A stretch of 64,000 nucleotides of DNA from Azolla caroliniana (lineage: Eukaryota > Plantae > Polypodiophyta), in the NCBI GenBank assembly GCA_043228905.1, contig JBHGNT010000013.1, positions 992,001 to 1,056,000 of the forward strand. Reading direction: 5' to 3'. Of this stretch, positions 25,021-36,489 are shown in pieces. A model generated the notes under the pieces. The model did no database searches and had not been told where the DNA came from. It was given only the letters and a program-made list of their open reading frames with translations. Position 1 is the stretch's first letter, and every line of letters begins with the position of its first letter. The translations under genes and the position numbers were made by a program.

Positions 25021-28020
25021 TTACGCTTCCTCCAAAATGTCCAGAATGCTTTGCTCCAAAATTTCCAATGGCTCATCGGGAATTTGTTGTTGCTACTGTG
25101 GTTGCTCCGTTTGGGGCTGCAGCTCCGTTTGTTGCTCTGGTACCGGCGTTTCCTTCGTTGGTTCCTCCATCGGGGTTGTCTCTGGCTGACTGACCCCAGC
25201 CTAGTCCCCGTTTGGTCCTAGTACCGGCGACGGTTGCTCATCACTAAGGTTGACCGTTGCTGCCTTTCTCGCTTTTTCTTCCCGAAGCCGGGACCCCTCA
25301 TAGCTCTCAAATTGGATTTGAGCCTCCAGCCGATCGTCGTCCAGTTGAGCTACGAGCTGCCGGACCTGTACCAATTGTTCATTCGCTAGGGCTGTGAAAT
25401 CTTCGGCTAGCTCATCCCTTATGGTGGTGAAGTCCTCCGATGTCAGCGTATAACAATCGTCACCCTCCTTCCGCCGGTTTTCTACGTCCGCCCTGAGCAA
25501 TTGGAGTTCCGCCGTATTCTGCGCCCATTTCGTCCACCAACGCACAGAGCTGTCGTCAATCAAGCTTTTGGTCTTAGTGAGCCATTACCGGAGGATGCAC
25601 TGGATCTGTTCGGCTCCCATCCGTGATTTATTTACCGTGTCCGCCTCCTGCTCCCTATAATGCGACAATTGACTTTGATAGGTTGTTTGCAACCTCTGTA
25701 ACACCATTGTCACCCTTTCCTTTTCTTCATGGTTCTGCTTGTGGAGCTCCATCCGGTCCATCGCCGCTTCCTCCAATAGCTTGGAACTCTCAGCTTGTTC
25801 TTCGGCGAGTGCCGTTGTGGCCCTATCAACTTCTTGCCGGAGCTCAGCCATCCGTTCCTGCTGTTGCTTATACTCCGTCTCCAGCTGCTTGTAGTCCTAG
25901 TGCAGATGATCAAAATCATCGGTCTTCTGCTTCAGCCTCTGGTTGATCTGTCGGCGCGCACGGTCCTCCCGGTCCTTCTGTTGACGGAGTTCCTCCTTCA
26001 GCCTCTCGATTTCTGTCTCCGCCATCCGTCGCAGCTTGTCTTTTTCTTGCAGCAATTTCTCCTTTTCCTCCTTTAGCCGGTCGTAAGCATGATGTCCTTT
26101 ACGCAGGTTTTCCTCTGCCCGGCGGAGGTTCTCAGCAGTCTTCTTTAATTCTTCTTCGGTCACCTTCTTCAAGTCGCGTTCGCGGCTCTGTAATGCTTCT
26201 TGTGCGGCAAGTTCATCTCGTAATTCCGCAAGCTCTTGGGCTTGCGTCGCATCTTTCTCCGGGACAGTTTGTGTCTCCGGGGTCTTATTCCTCTGTACAT
26301 CAACCGAAGTCACCGGTGCTTGGATCTGCGTTGCGGTTAAGGCCATTTTGGCCATGTCTCTTGTGATCCGATCCAAGTCTTGTTCGAGGCACTGGATCCT
26401 TGACCAGGCCGTCTCCAGTTCATCAGTTGTGACAAGCAATCGTTCCGTTTGCGCTCTTTCCTCCGCCTCTATGCATCCGACTACTCCGGCAATTTGTTCT
26501 CCTATCCACCGAAGCCATTGGCTGCCGGTGCACTGTTGTTGCGTCTGGACGGCGGGTTGGCTGATGGGTTTACTTGCCGGTGGCTAGTCCCGCCTTACTG
26601 CGTCGAGCTGCACTTCTGGTTCTGCTAGCTGACCACTTTGCCGTTCCGGCTCTGAGTGTGTTTCGGCTAGCCGCCCCTTGTCTGCTTGTTCTTGGCTGGC
26701 TGAGAAGGTTGGCCTTTGTATAACCGGCTCTTGAGTTATGGGGCTTGCCGGTGCTGCTTGTTGTGTAGGGACTTTTGTGACCGGTTCCATCTGAACCGGT
26801 TCCGGTGCCTCCCTTGGCGTGGGATGCTCAGTGTGAGTTGTGGGCGTTCCATCCTTCTGTGGGTCCGAACGCTTCCCGGCTGATTCAATAGTGCTCTTCA
26901 CTGGCCGCCGCTGGAGGTGCTCTGTGGGTTCTTCCTCCATTTCCTCTGGTTGAGTCCCGACATTCATTCTTGCCGCCAGGGTGTCCGTTTCTTGCTACAC
27001 CAGTCGGTGGAGTGGGCTCTTCAGGGGCCGTGCCGATGTCTCCTCGTGTGTGTCCGTCGGCCGCTTCCGGCTAGCGCGCTCCTTTGCCGCCTTCTTTGCA
27101 TCGGCCGTCTTCCCCTTAGTGGCCTTGGAGGCCAACAGTTGTTGCCGTTTCGAAGCAGGTTTCGGGGTGTCGTCCGTTGCTCTTCCCCGCTTCTTGGTTT
27201 GGACAGGCTCGACCGGTGGCGCCAATAGGGTGAGCCATTGCGTCACCGCATGCCATATTTTCCGGCCTTCCTTGCCGTCCTTTCCTCTTACTATATCAAT
27301 AGCCGTACACAACCCGTCGGCGATCAGCACCGGCCAATCCACCTTGAACCCTTCATACGTCGCGATAATCAAGCTTGCTCGGTTCTGAGGCATAACGGGG
27401 GGTCGAGGGTATACGTGGCCGAACTCATGGAGTACACGGGCAATTTCACGGAATAACATGTCTTCGCCGCCCTGTGTCCTGTAGCCCTTGCTGGTGAGAG
27501 AGTACTCACCGAAATATTTGATGAGCTGCTCGGAGGTCGGATTATCGATCGTGTAGATGAGTCCCTCCGGAAGGCCTGTTAACGGACGGATCGCCTCCTC
27601 CATGATCACCTCTGTGTCGATTTCTTTGATAATCTTTTCGGCCTCCTTGTGTGGCGTTGCCTCCGTGATCATTAAGAAACCCTCCAATCCGTGCTGCCGT
27701 AGCCATTTCTTGGTGGCTTCAGACAGCCTTTGGCAGTCCATGTCTACGTCGAGGTTGGAGAGCGTTGGCGAGGTTTGGTGGTAGGGAGAGTGTGAGAGAG
27801 AAAATTCTGAGTGAGGGGGTTCTCTGTGTGCGAGCTCTCTGCGATTGATCTTCACGCGTCTGTCTGCGTCTGTTCTCCTTGGTTCGCAATAGGAGAAGGT
27901 CTCGATGCGTGGGGGTTTTTCTCTCTGCATCTTGACGCCTTTTTCGAGCCTCCGCATGTGCAGGTCGTGTACTATAATAGCATTGTGTGCCATGTGGCAG
28001 TGGTTTAATGTCCTATTCAT
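25021..28020 (-). pseudogene. Extra ~1000-codon ORF downstream of pol in Gypsy E (env-position ORF with coiled coil), broken by six in-frame stops
   Basis: ORF-track segments 26995-28020, 26584-26967, 25897-26439, 25585-25851 and 25201-25563 share one frame, which continues to TAA at 25021. Confidence 0.75.
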
Positions 28021-28191
28021 AGCCCCTCGTACCTTTTCGACGTGCCTCTTTACTCCTCATTTGCATGGCCGTTTCCACCACTCCTTTTCATGATTTATTT
28101 GATTCCATTCGATTTTTATTTTATTTATTTTATTTTATTTATTTTTTATTTTTATTTTTATTTTTATTTTTTTGTAAAATTAATTGTGTGG

Positions 28192-29502
28192 TTAATTTTT
28201 CTCCGGTCCTATCGGACCCTTACCCGAAACGCACACCTTGCCGGCCTCTTGACGGTTTGCCGTCGTTATGCTTTCCCCGGTTGCCGGCTCATGCTCCCCC
28301 TTACCGGCTTGGTGGTAGCCGTTTTCCTCACGGGTTGCCGTCGTGGTTGGTCTGCTGGCGTCTGATTCGGTGGCGGCCCTTCGTTCAAATGGGTTCTTGG
28401 GCATAGGTCCTTTGTATGGTTTTAGTCTAAATCCGTTGACCCATTTACCCAGCACCTCGCCGGCAAGTGTCCCTAACTGGTAAGACCCATTGAACCCGCG
28501 TGTGATCCAGTACGGTCCGGTCCATCTAAACCATAGTTTGCCTGGCATTTTACCCATCCGGGTCTGGAACACTAGTACCAGCTTGCCGATTTCGAACATC
28601 TTTTCGTTTCCCTTCCGGTGCCGATCTACAAACGCTTTCCGTCGTCGTTGTTCCAATTCCAGGTGCATGATGCTCGCCAATCGGTGTTCTTCTAGTTCAC
28701 ACAACGCCTTTAACCGAATTGCCTCCGATTCCTTTTCATTGAGTCGTTCCCGAATCTGAATCCGTAAGCTCGGTACCTGGAATTCGACCGGCATGACTGC
28801 CTCTAATCCGAATGCTAACCGGAACAGTGTTGTTCGGATGCTTGTTTTGTACGTTGTCCGGTAAGCCCAGAGCGCATTGTGTAGCTTCGTGTCCCAATAT
28901 GTCCGATTCTCATTAACGATCTTCCGCAGGATATTCTGTAGCATTTTCTTTGTTGACTTAGCTAATCCGTTGGCTTGTGGGTAGTACGGGGTGCTCCGTT
29001 TATGTACTACCGCATAGAATGACGTCAAGCTCTCCACTACTTGTCCAAGAAAGTGCCCTCCTTGGTCGCTTATTAGCTCTATGGGGCATCCATACCGGCA
29101 CCAAATGTATTCGTATAAGAATTTTTCCGTCGACGCCGCGGTGTTGTCTCGTAAGGCTTTGGCTTCCACCCATTTAGTGCAGTAGTTCGTCGCGACGATA
29201 ACATACCGGTTGCCAGTTCTCATCGCCGGTGGTTTGAACGAACCGACAAAATCCAGTCCCCATTTCTGAAATGGTTCTAGCGGTAGTACTGGCTGATGCG
29301 GCATCCTAGCTTGTTCCGTTGGTTGGCCCATTCGCTGGCATAGATCACACTCTTTCGCATACCAGACTGCGTCTTTCAATGTAGTCGGCCACCATAGGCC
29401 ACTTTGCCATATCTTCCTTGTCGTAGCATCCCCGGCATAATGGCCTCCGGCGACTCCGCAGTGTGCTTCCCGTAGTATTACCTCCTTCTCATCGTTGCGC
29501 AC
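28192..29502 (-). CDS. Gypsy integrase (part of a degenerate pol)
   Basis: HHCC zinc motif, D-D catalytic motifs (WGLDFVG, ISDQG) and GPY motif. Confidence 0.85.
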   Translation of the reverse strand: MRNDEKEVILREAHCGVAGGHYAGDATTRKIWQSGLWWPTTLKDAVWYAKECDLCQRMGQPTEQARMPHQPVLPLEPFQKWGLDFVGSFKPPAMRTGNRYVIVATNYCTKWVEAKALRDNTAASTEKFLYEYIWCRYGCPIELISDQGGHFLGQVVESLTSFYAVVHKRSTPYYPQANGLAKSTKKMLQNILRKIVNENRTYWDTKLHNALWAYRTTYKTSIRTTLFRLAFGLEAVMPVEFQVPSLRIQIRERLNEKESEAIRLKALCELEEHRLASIMHLELEQRRRKAFVDRHRKGNEKMFEIGKLVLVFQTRMGKMPGKLWFRWTGPYWITRGFNGSYQLGTLAGEVLGKWVNGFRLKPYKGPMPKNPFERRAATESDASRPTTTATREENGYHQAGKGEHEPATGESITTANRQEAGKVCVSGKGPIGPEKN

Positions 29503-31314
29503 CGCTCATCGCCATACACCGTCCGCACCTTTGTGGTATAGCGTGTCCTGTAATAAACAGAAGTGCCGACTTTGTACCACCAGGCGCTTCCTCTCGTCCC
29601 GGTTCATCTCCTCCGGAGGCAATCCGGTGCTAAAAAATTGGTGCATATTCGTTAGCCACTTATCTTCTGGTGCCACCGTTTCATCTGTTGCCGTTTCTGT
29701 AGTGACTCGAAATAGCTCAGCATTCGGAAACTCGTCCGGTACTCTATCGCCGGTTTCGCCGGAATCTTACCGGCTTAAATAATCTGCTACCGCATGCTGT
29801 ATGCCGGGTCGGTGGAATATCTCGAATTCGAATTCCTGTAATAGCAAAGTCCACCGGGCCAACTTACTGGTAAGTGACGCTTTGGACACTAGGTAGAGGA
29901 GTGCCAAGTGATCTACATGGAAGGAAAACTTTCTTCCCAATAAATAGTGCCTGAATTTTGTTACGCTGTAGATCATGCCTAAAGCTTCCCTTTCCGTGGT
30001 GGAGTAATTTCGTTCAGCTTGGGATAACTTCCGGCTTACGTAATATACAGGCCGGTACCATCTTGGCTCCGTAAGTTGCATCAACGCACTCCCGATTGCA
30101 ATGTCGGACGCATCCACGAACACATGAAATTCCTTCGCCCAATCCGGGGGTTGCACTACCGGCGCTTGCGACAATAGAACTTTGAGTGCCCGGTACGCCT
30201 TGTCTTCGGTGTCGGTCCACTGGAACAGTGTTCGGTGTACCGCAGCATGCACTGGTGTAGCTAGATCCGCCAAATACCGGAGCATTCGGCTATGCCAACG
30301 GATTTGGCCTAAGAAACGGCTCAATGCCTTTGCTGTTGTTGGCGCCGGTGCCTCCAGGATTGCTTTTACTTTTTCCGGATCCACGGCGATGCCCTCCTTG
30401 CTCACAATGTGCCCCAGTAGCGTTCTGCTGGACACGCCAAATACACACTTCGCCGGATTCAGGCCTAGCCGGTAAGCCCTACACTTTTCTAGACACGGTC
30501 GGAGGTGCTAAAGGTGGTCTCCTTCCCGGCTGTAAACGGCAAAGTCATCGGGGAACACCTGCAAGAATGCCGGTATGAATTCTCCGAATATTTCCATGAT
30601 GATCCTCTGGAATGTTGTCGGCGCCGTTTTGAGTCCGAACATCATCACCACGGCAACAAACACCATATGGATGTAAAAAATGCTTTTTTACATGGTAACT
30701 TGGAAGAAGAAGTGTATATGTGTCAACCACCAGGTTTTGAAGATAAGAAGCATCCAGAATATGTTTGTAAGCTGAAAAAGGCTCTCTATGGACTGAAACA
30801 AGCACCGAGAGCATGGCATAAAGAACTTTCAGAATCTCTGAAAAAAATTGCCTTCAAAATGTCAAAAGTTGATCCATCACTGTATGTAAAGAAGATAAAT
30901 GATTGCATTGTTATTATCTTGATTTATGTAGATGATTTAATCATCGGAGGTGATTCTATGGATGAAATAAGGAAGCTGAAAAAAAATCTTGAAATGCAAT
31001 TTCACATGAAGGATTTGGGAGAGCTGAGATACTTTCTTGGCATTGAGATGATCAGATCTGAAAGTGGTATATATATGTTGCAAAAACAATATGCAACAAC
31101 TATGTTGAAGAAGTATGGTATGCTAAACCCTAAACCCTAAACCTATTGATGTACCACTGGATAAGAACTACAAATTGAGGGTTGATTTGGGAGCCAAAAT
31201 AGAATATGTAAACATGTACATGTCTATGGTGGGCAGCCTCATATATTTGACTATAACAAGCCCTTATTTGAGTTATGTTGTTGGATTAGTCAGCTAGTTT
31301 ATGCAACAGCCAAC

Positions 31315-32237
31315 CAAGGTTGTTAGGTACGTTAGGTACGGTACGGATACCATACGTATTTAACGTATTAATACCCGTATAGTAGCTCCCAATTTAAAAA
31401 TACGTTAAATACGTTTTCTTAATATGTTAAATACTTATAAAATATGTTAAATACGTAAAATATGTATTTTACGTATAGTACGTTAAATACGTATTTTATG
31501 TATAGTACGTAAAATACGTAAAATACGTAAAATACGTATTGTACGTTAAATACTTCTAGAATTTGAAAATTATTTACCTTTCTAAACAATATCTATAATA
31601 TTGTAAAAAACATCTATGTTTACACAATTTTGTGATGCACAAGATAGTTCTATATCCTAAAATGCATATAAGACATTTGAACATTTCACATCCTAAAATA
31701 CTTGTAGTAATATGGATGTCGACATTCCCTTATTCTATAAATCAGTGTAAGTGTGTATCACGATGTTCTACTTCAAATTGTAATTATTTACAATTATGTC
31801 TTCATAGATTGAGGAATCGTCTATGATTATCACGCTCATGTTAGGTTTCTCTTTTCTTCGTTTTCTTCTTCTTCTTCTTCTTCTATCTTCTATGATTATC
31901 ACACTCAAGACAGGTTTATGTCTTCTTTTCTCTCTTCTTCTTCTTCTTCTTCTTCTTCTTCATCTTCTTCATCGTCGTCTCTTCTATTCTTCTTTCTTCC
32001 TTCCTTTGGCTTCTTTTTCACTAAAATCTTTTTTTTCTTTTGCTTTTTGTTAGGGTTTTACTTACATTTTCTTTATAAATACGTATTATACCTGTTTTTT
32101 TATAAATACGTTAAATATCGTATTGGACAAACGTACATGATATTTGACTAAACAACATTGAGGTATAGTACGTACTATACAAATGATGAGGTACTATATG
32201 TATTTAAACATTAAATATGGGTACGTAAACAACCATG
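31315..32237. mobile_element. Non-autonomous hAT-type DNA transposon (923 bp) in the Copia D RT
   Basis: 8-bp TSD CAGCCAAC (31307-31314 and 32238-32245); imperfect TIR CAAGGTTGTTAGGTAC / GTACGTAAACAACCATG; many subterminal TACG motifs; internal (CTT)n. Confidence 0.85.
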
Positions 32238-32882
32238 CAGCCAACAAAGCCACATCTGGACTGCATTAGAAGAATCTTGAGGTATGTAAAAGCTACTCAA
32301 AACTATGGATTGTTTTACAAGGCTGATCTGGACATGATGCTAGAAGGATATACAAATGTTGATTGGGCTAGAATCCAAACTGATAGAAGATCCACAAGTG
32401 GATATATGTTTACATTGGGAAGTGCAACTATTTCATGGAGTAGCAAGAAACAAGCTACTGTTGCACTATCAAGTACTGAAGCTGAATATAGAGGAGCTGC
32501 AATAGCCACTTGTGAAGAGGTATGGATCAGAAGATTGCTTGCTGATTTGGGAGAATATATAGATGGTGCAGTCACAATTTGGTGTGACAATATGAGCAGC
32601 ATTCAGCTCGCAAAAAACCTAGTGTTCCAAGCAAGAACAAAGCACATTGAAGTGCATTATCACTTTGTTAGGTAAAAAGTGATTGATGGAGAAGTGGATG
32701 TGTTGTATGTAAGCACAAATCAACAAGTTGCTGATATTCTTACAAAGGGATTGAGCTTGGAAAAACATACACAATTCAGGGACATGATGGGAGTTATAAC
32801 CATTGGTATGATAGCTGAAAAGCATGAAGGAAAGAAGATTGAAGATGATCTCGAGAAAGGATAAGTTGAGCTTAAGGAGGAG

Positions 32883-33279
32883 TGTTGAGAAACAAGCTCA
32901 ACAAACACATATGGTGCATATTGGTAAGTGAGATCTCCTATAGTAGCTATTAGGAAATTAGCTACTAGTGGACATATAAGTAAAACAACTATTTAACTAC
33001 TCACAACTATTTAGCTATTCACAACTATTTCGCTAGTCACAGCTAATTAGTTGCATATATAAGTCACTTATATACTTAGGTAAAAAGTGAGAGTAGAGAA
33101 GAAAAAAGAACAGAAAACTTACTAGAGCGAGTTGAGCTCTGCGTGTAATGGAATAGAAGCTTTTGGTTTTGCTACAGAGGTAAGTCTCCTTCCCCCTTCC
33201 CTTTCTGCCTTGAGCACTAAACGATCCAACACATCACGATCCGTTGTGCACAAAGAAGAGCCGGAGCGCCTTCATAACA
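32883..33279 (+). repeat. 3' LTR of Copia D
   Basis: Direct repeat of 21807-22193, followed by TSD TCACC. Confidence 0.92.
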
Positions 33280-36242
33280 TCACCTGCATCCGTTAACATC
33301 ACATAGTCTGTGAGCTTAGCAGGTGGCCTAGAGACACGAGTAGACCGTCTCACTGGTTGCTTAACCAGAGTCGTAATGTTTTCAGGTTGTACACATGCAT
33401 CCTCATTTTGAACATCATCATATGGGTGAACATTTTTAGGACTGTTCAGCATAGGTGTGGAATTATTCTTTTGCACACTAATAGAGGGTGTAACATCTTG
33501 AAACACCACTTTCCTCATTTCCACTTCCTTAATTGTCTGCTTATGCATAATCTTTTCATTGAAAACGACATCACTACTTCTGACTATAGTGCGTGTTTCA
33601 GGGTCCCATAAGCGATATCCAAACTAACCATCTATTTCATAGCCAAGAAAAATACATTTTCTGCTTTTGAAATCCAATTTCTGCCTTAACTGTTTTGGAA
33701 CATGAACATATGCTTCATATCCAAACACTCTAAGATGATCAAAGTGAGGGGTTTTTCCAGTCCACAACTCTTGTGCCACTTTCAAGCCTTTGGCAGTACT
33801 AGGTGATAGATTAATCACATGAACAGCAGTCCGAACTAATTTTGCCCAAAAACCTTGCGGAAGGTTTGCATGATGCAACATAGAAATAGCTTTATCTTGG
33901 ATGATTCTATTCATCCTTTCTACTACACAATTTTGTACAGGAGTGTAGGGGCTAGTATACTCTCTGCGAATGCCTCTAGACTCACAAAAAATCCTGAACT
34001 CATTAGAGGTATATTCACCTCCATTATCAATCTCAACTGAGGCAAGCCATTTTCAAAAAATGGGGTATACCTCACCCTTTCCCTTTATGGGATACACCCA
34101 CACCTTTCTTGTGGCATCATCAATAAATGTAACAAAATACAAAGCTCCATCCAATGATCTAGTAGGCATAGGGCCACATACATTTGTATGAACTAGATCC
34201 AAGGGTTGAGTAGAAGAATCAGAACGAATCTTATGTACGCTTTTCATTTGTTTACCACATTGACAATGCTCACAAACTGAAAAATTAGAAAATGATAACA
34301 CGGGTAAATAGCCAAAACGTGACAGAGTTTCCATTCCACTACGAGACATATGGCCTAAACAACCATGCCAAATACAAGTCATGGGTTGTTCTATGACAAT
34401 CAAAAGATATTCTTTCTTATGGACAACTAAGGGATAAAGTGAAGCAACTTTGTTCCCTTTGGCAATAACCATATTTCCTTTTGTAATACGAAAAGATTTG
34501 GAAGCAAATATCACTTTATATCCAGAGTTATCTAATTGTCCAACAGACGTCAAGCTACGAGTTAGTTCAAGCACATGGCATACATTTTGTACAAGAATCT
34601 AAAAACCATCAGAAAATTGTACCATAACATCTCCAATGCCAACCACATCACACTAACGTGAATCTCCAAGTCAGACTGTACCAAGTGGTTTAACTTCATA
34701 TCGTGTGAACCACTCTCTATGTGGGGTCACATGGAATGAAGCCCCAAAGTCCAACAGCCATGTATGAGTAAGCGAGTGAGCCATATTCACCTCAACATAA
34801 GTAGCATCATCATCCACGACCAAAATGTCAACATCGTCATCGCATGTAGCATTTATTTGCTCTATTTTCTTTGAGGATGATGAACCAGTCACTTGCATAA
34901 CATGCCCATCACCATGAGTTTTACCCCTTTCCTTTTCTCTTTCTTTGTTCTTCAAGGCATAACAATCCTTTTTCATATGACCTTTTTGTGATAGTAATGG
35001 CATTCCACAAGTCTCTAAATCTAGATTTGCTTCTGCTCTTATCATTTCCATGGTTATTTTTGGTTTGGCTTCTACCACGTTGTTGGTTCTTGCCATAACC
35101 AGAATCTCGTACATTATATGACTCTCCAACTTGTGAAATGACCTTAGATTTCCTACGGATTTCTTCACCCAATACTGCTCCACATATGTCATTATAGACC
35201 AATTTCCCATTTGGTGCACTAGCGCGAATAATGGTGCAAAATGTGTCCCATGAGCTAGGCAAAGTGCATAATAGAAATACACATTTTAGCTCATCATCCA
35301 TAGTCATTTTTTGAGGTTGCAACTAAGACCATAATGCATCAAACTCATTTAGATGAGAAGCAACACTATCAGTGTCCTTCATGCGAAGGTCATTTTGTTT
35401 GCAGCAGTTTCCTTCTCATATGTGTTGCATAATTTTTTCCAAAGTTCTTTAGAATTTTTACTATCTAAAATATTGAAATAAACACTATCTTCCAAGTGCA
35501 ATCTTATCATAGACATGGTCAACACATCAAGTTCCTCCCAATCATCATCATCCATGTCATCCAGCTTCTTCGCTTTGTCGCCTAGAGGCTTCGTTTGCTT
35601 TCTTTGAACCAATACATCATGCATCTGATTCTTCCACAAAGCAAAATTAGATCCATCAAATTTCCGGATCTCAATATGATATTTTCCCAAAAACGAATAG
35701 TTCTTACATGAACTATTGAGACCAACAAAAGTGCCACTAGATGCATCCAACATTTCGGACTCCATGGGAGTGAACAACAATATCAAACAACTAAGCACAA
35801 GAACTCAAGCAACTAGCCAACTTATTGCCCAAAAATCTCAAAATGATATCGTTAAGTGCATATATCAAACGCCACAATGCATGCACCTTCCAAAATATCA
35901 AGTACAACTAGCATTTGTTTCTAAAATCCCAAGTTGTAGGCATTTGCTATGCTTCCAAATTTATTTCAACTCTCTGTCGAATGTAGTGAGGTCTCCCACC
36001 ACAACTTATTTCTAGTGAAAAATATGTCGAACAAGCGCAAGAGTTTAAATAAGAGAAATACCTGTGGATAGCAAACAGTTTTCTTATTGTCAAAGAGAAA
36101 CCCAAAAATTGTAGATGCCCCAACAGTGAGTCGATGCTTCAACCAAGCAGCTCCAATCACCAACGTTGTTGCTACAATCTCCCAAGCTCTGTATTGTGAA
36201 CTCCCATGGTCTCTATTGTGATCTCCCAAGCTTTGATACCAC

Positions 36243-36489
36243 TGTTATAAATCGGTAGAATAGAGAGCGAAGAGAGAATAGTTCGGTGAAGACAAACTCT
36301 GTTTCAAAAAGGGGGGGGGAGGAACAAAAGAAAAACAATGGTTGTAAATTCTGCCTCACACACTAAGGAGTTTTTCTCACACACACCCTATATCTAGTAA
36401 AGGGGGGGAATTAAAGTAAAAAGTAAAACCAGAGCACATGCCATTTTGGCCTTTTCACACTATGTACATGTCTCTATGTACATATAACA
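36243..36489 (-). repeat. 5' LTR of Copia C
   Basis: Direct repeat of 19220-19468 with adjacent PBS. Confidence 0.92.

Larger units (their letters stand above)
24505..30664 (-). mobile_element. Non-chromovirus Ty3/Gypsy (Athila/Phygy-like) element E: 3' LTR, extra ORF, integrase, RNase H and partial RT; 5' half deleted
   Basis: [16 protein letters not shown] (~30610-30650), RNase H VFVDASDIAIG...YSTTEREAL (29767-30435), integrase HCGVAGGH/WGLDFVG/SDQGGHF/RWTGPY (28192-29502). Probable LTR TGTT...AACA at 24505-24895. Confidence 0.88.
21807..33279 (+). mobile_element. Ty1/Copia LTR retrotransposon D nested in Copia C; protease-integrase region lost by internal deletion
   Basis: LTRs 21807-22193 and 32883-33279; perfect TSD TCACC; PBS TGGTATCAAAGC at 22194-22205; PPT at 32868-32882. 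gag from ~22320, RT 30665-31314, RNase H 32238-32860. Confidence 0.94.
19220..36489 (-). mobile_element. Ty1/Copia LTR retrotransposon C (Tork/Tnt1-like), both LTRs present, hosting nested insertions
   Basis: LTRs 19220-19468 and 36243-36489; TSD ATGCA/ATGTA; PBS TGGTATCAAAGC at 36241-36230; PPT at 19469-19478. gag KFDGSNFALWK, protease WLLDFGASFH, integrase, RT LYVDDML, RNase H STTEAEY. Confidence 0.93.

Noticed and set aside
30505-31140. 211-aa ORF that looks like an RT with a novel N-terminus
   Set aside because: Chimeric artefact: antisense Gypsy RT sequence fused by a deletion to the Copia RT.
31823-32151. Poly-Leu/poly-Ser ORFs
   Set aside because: (CTT)n microsatellite inside the hAT MITE.
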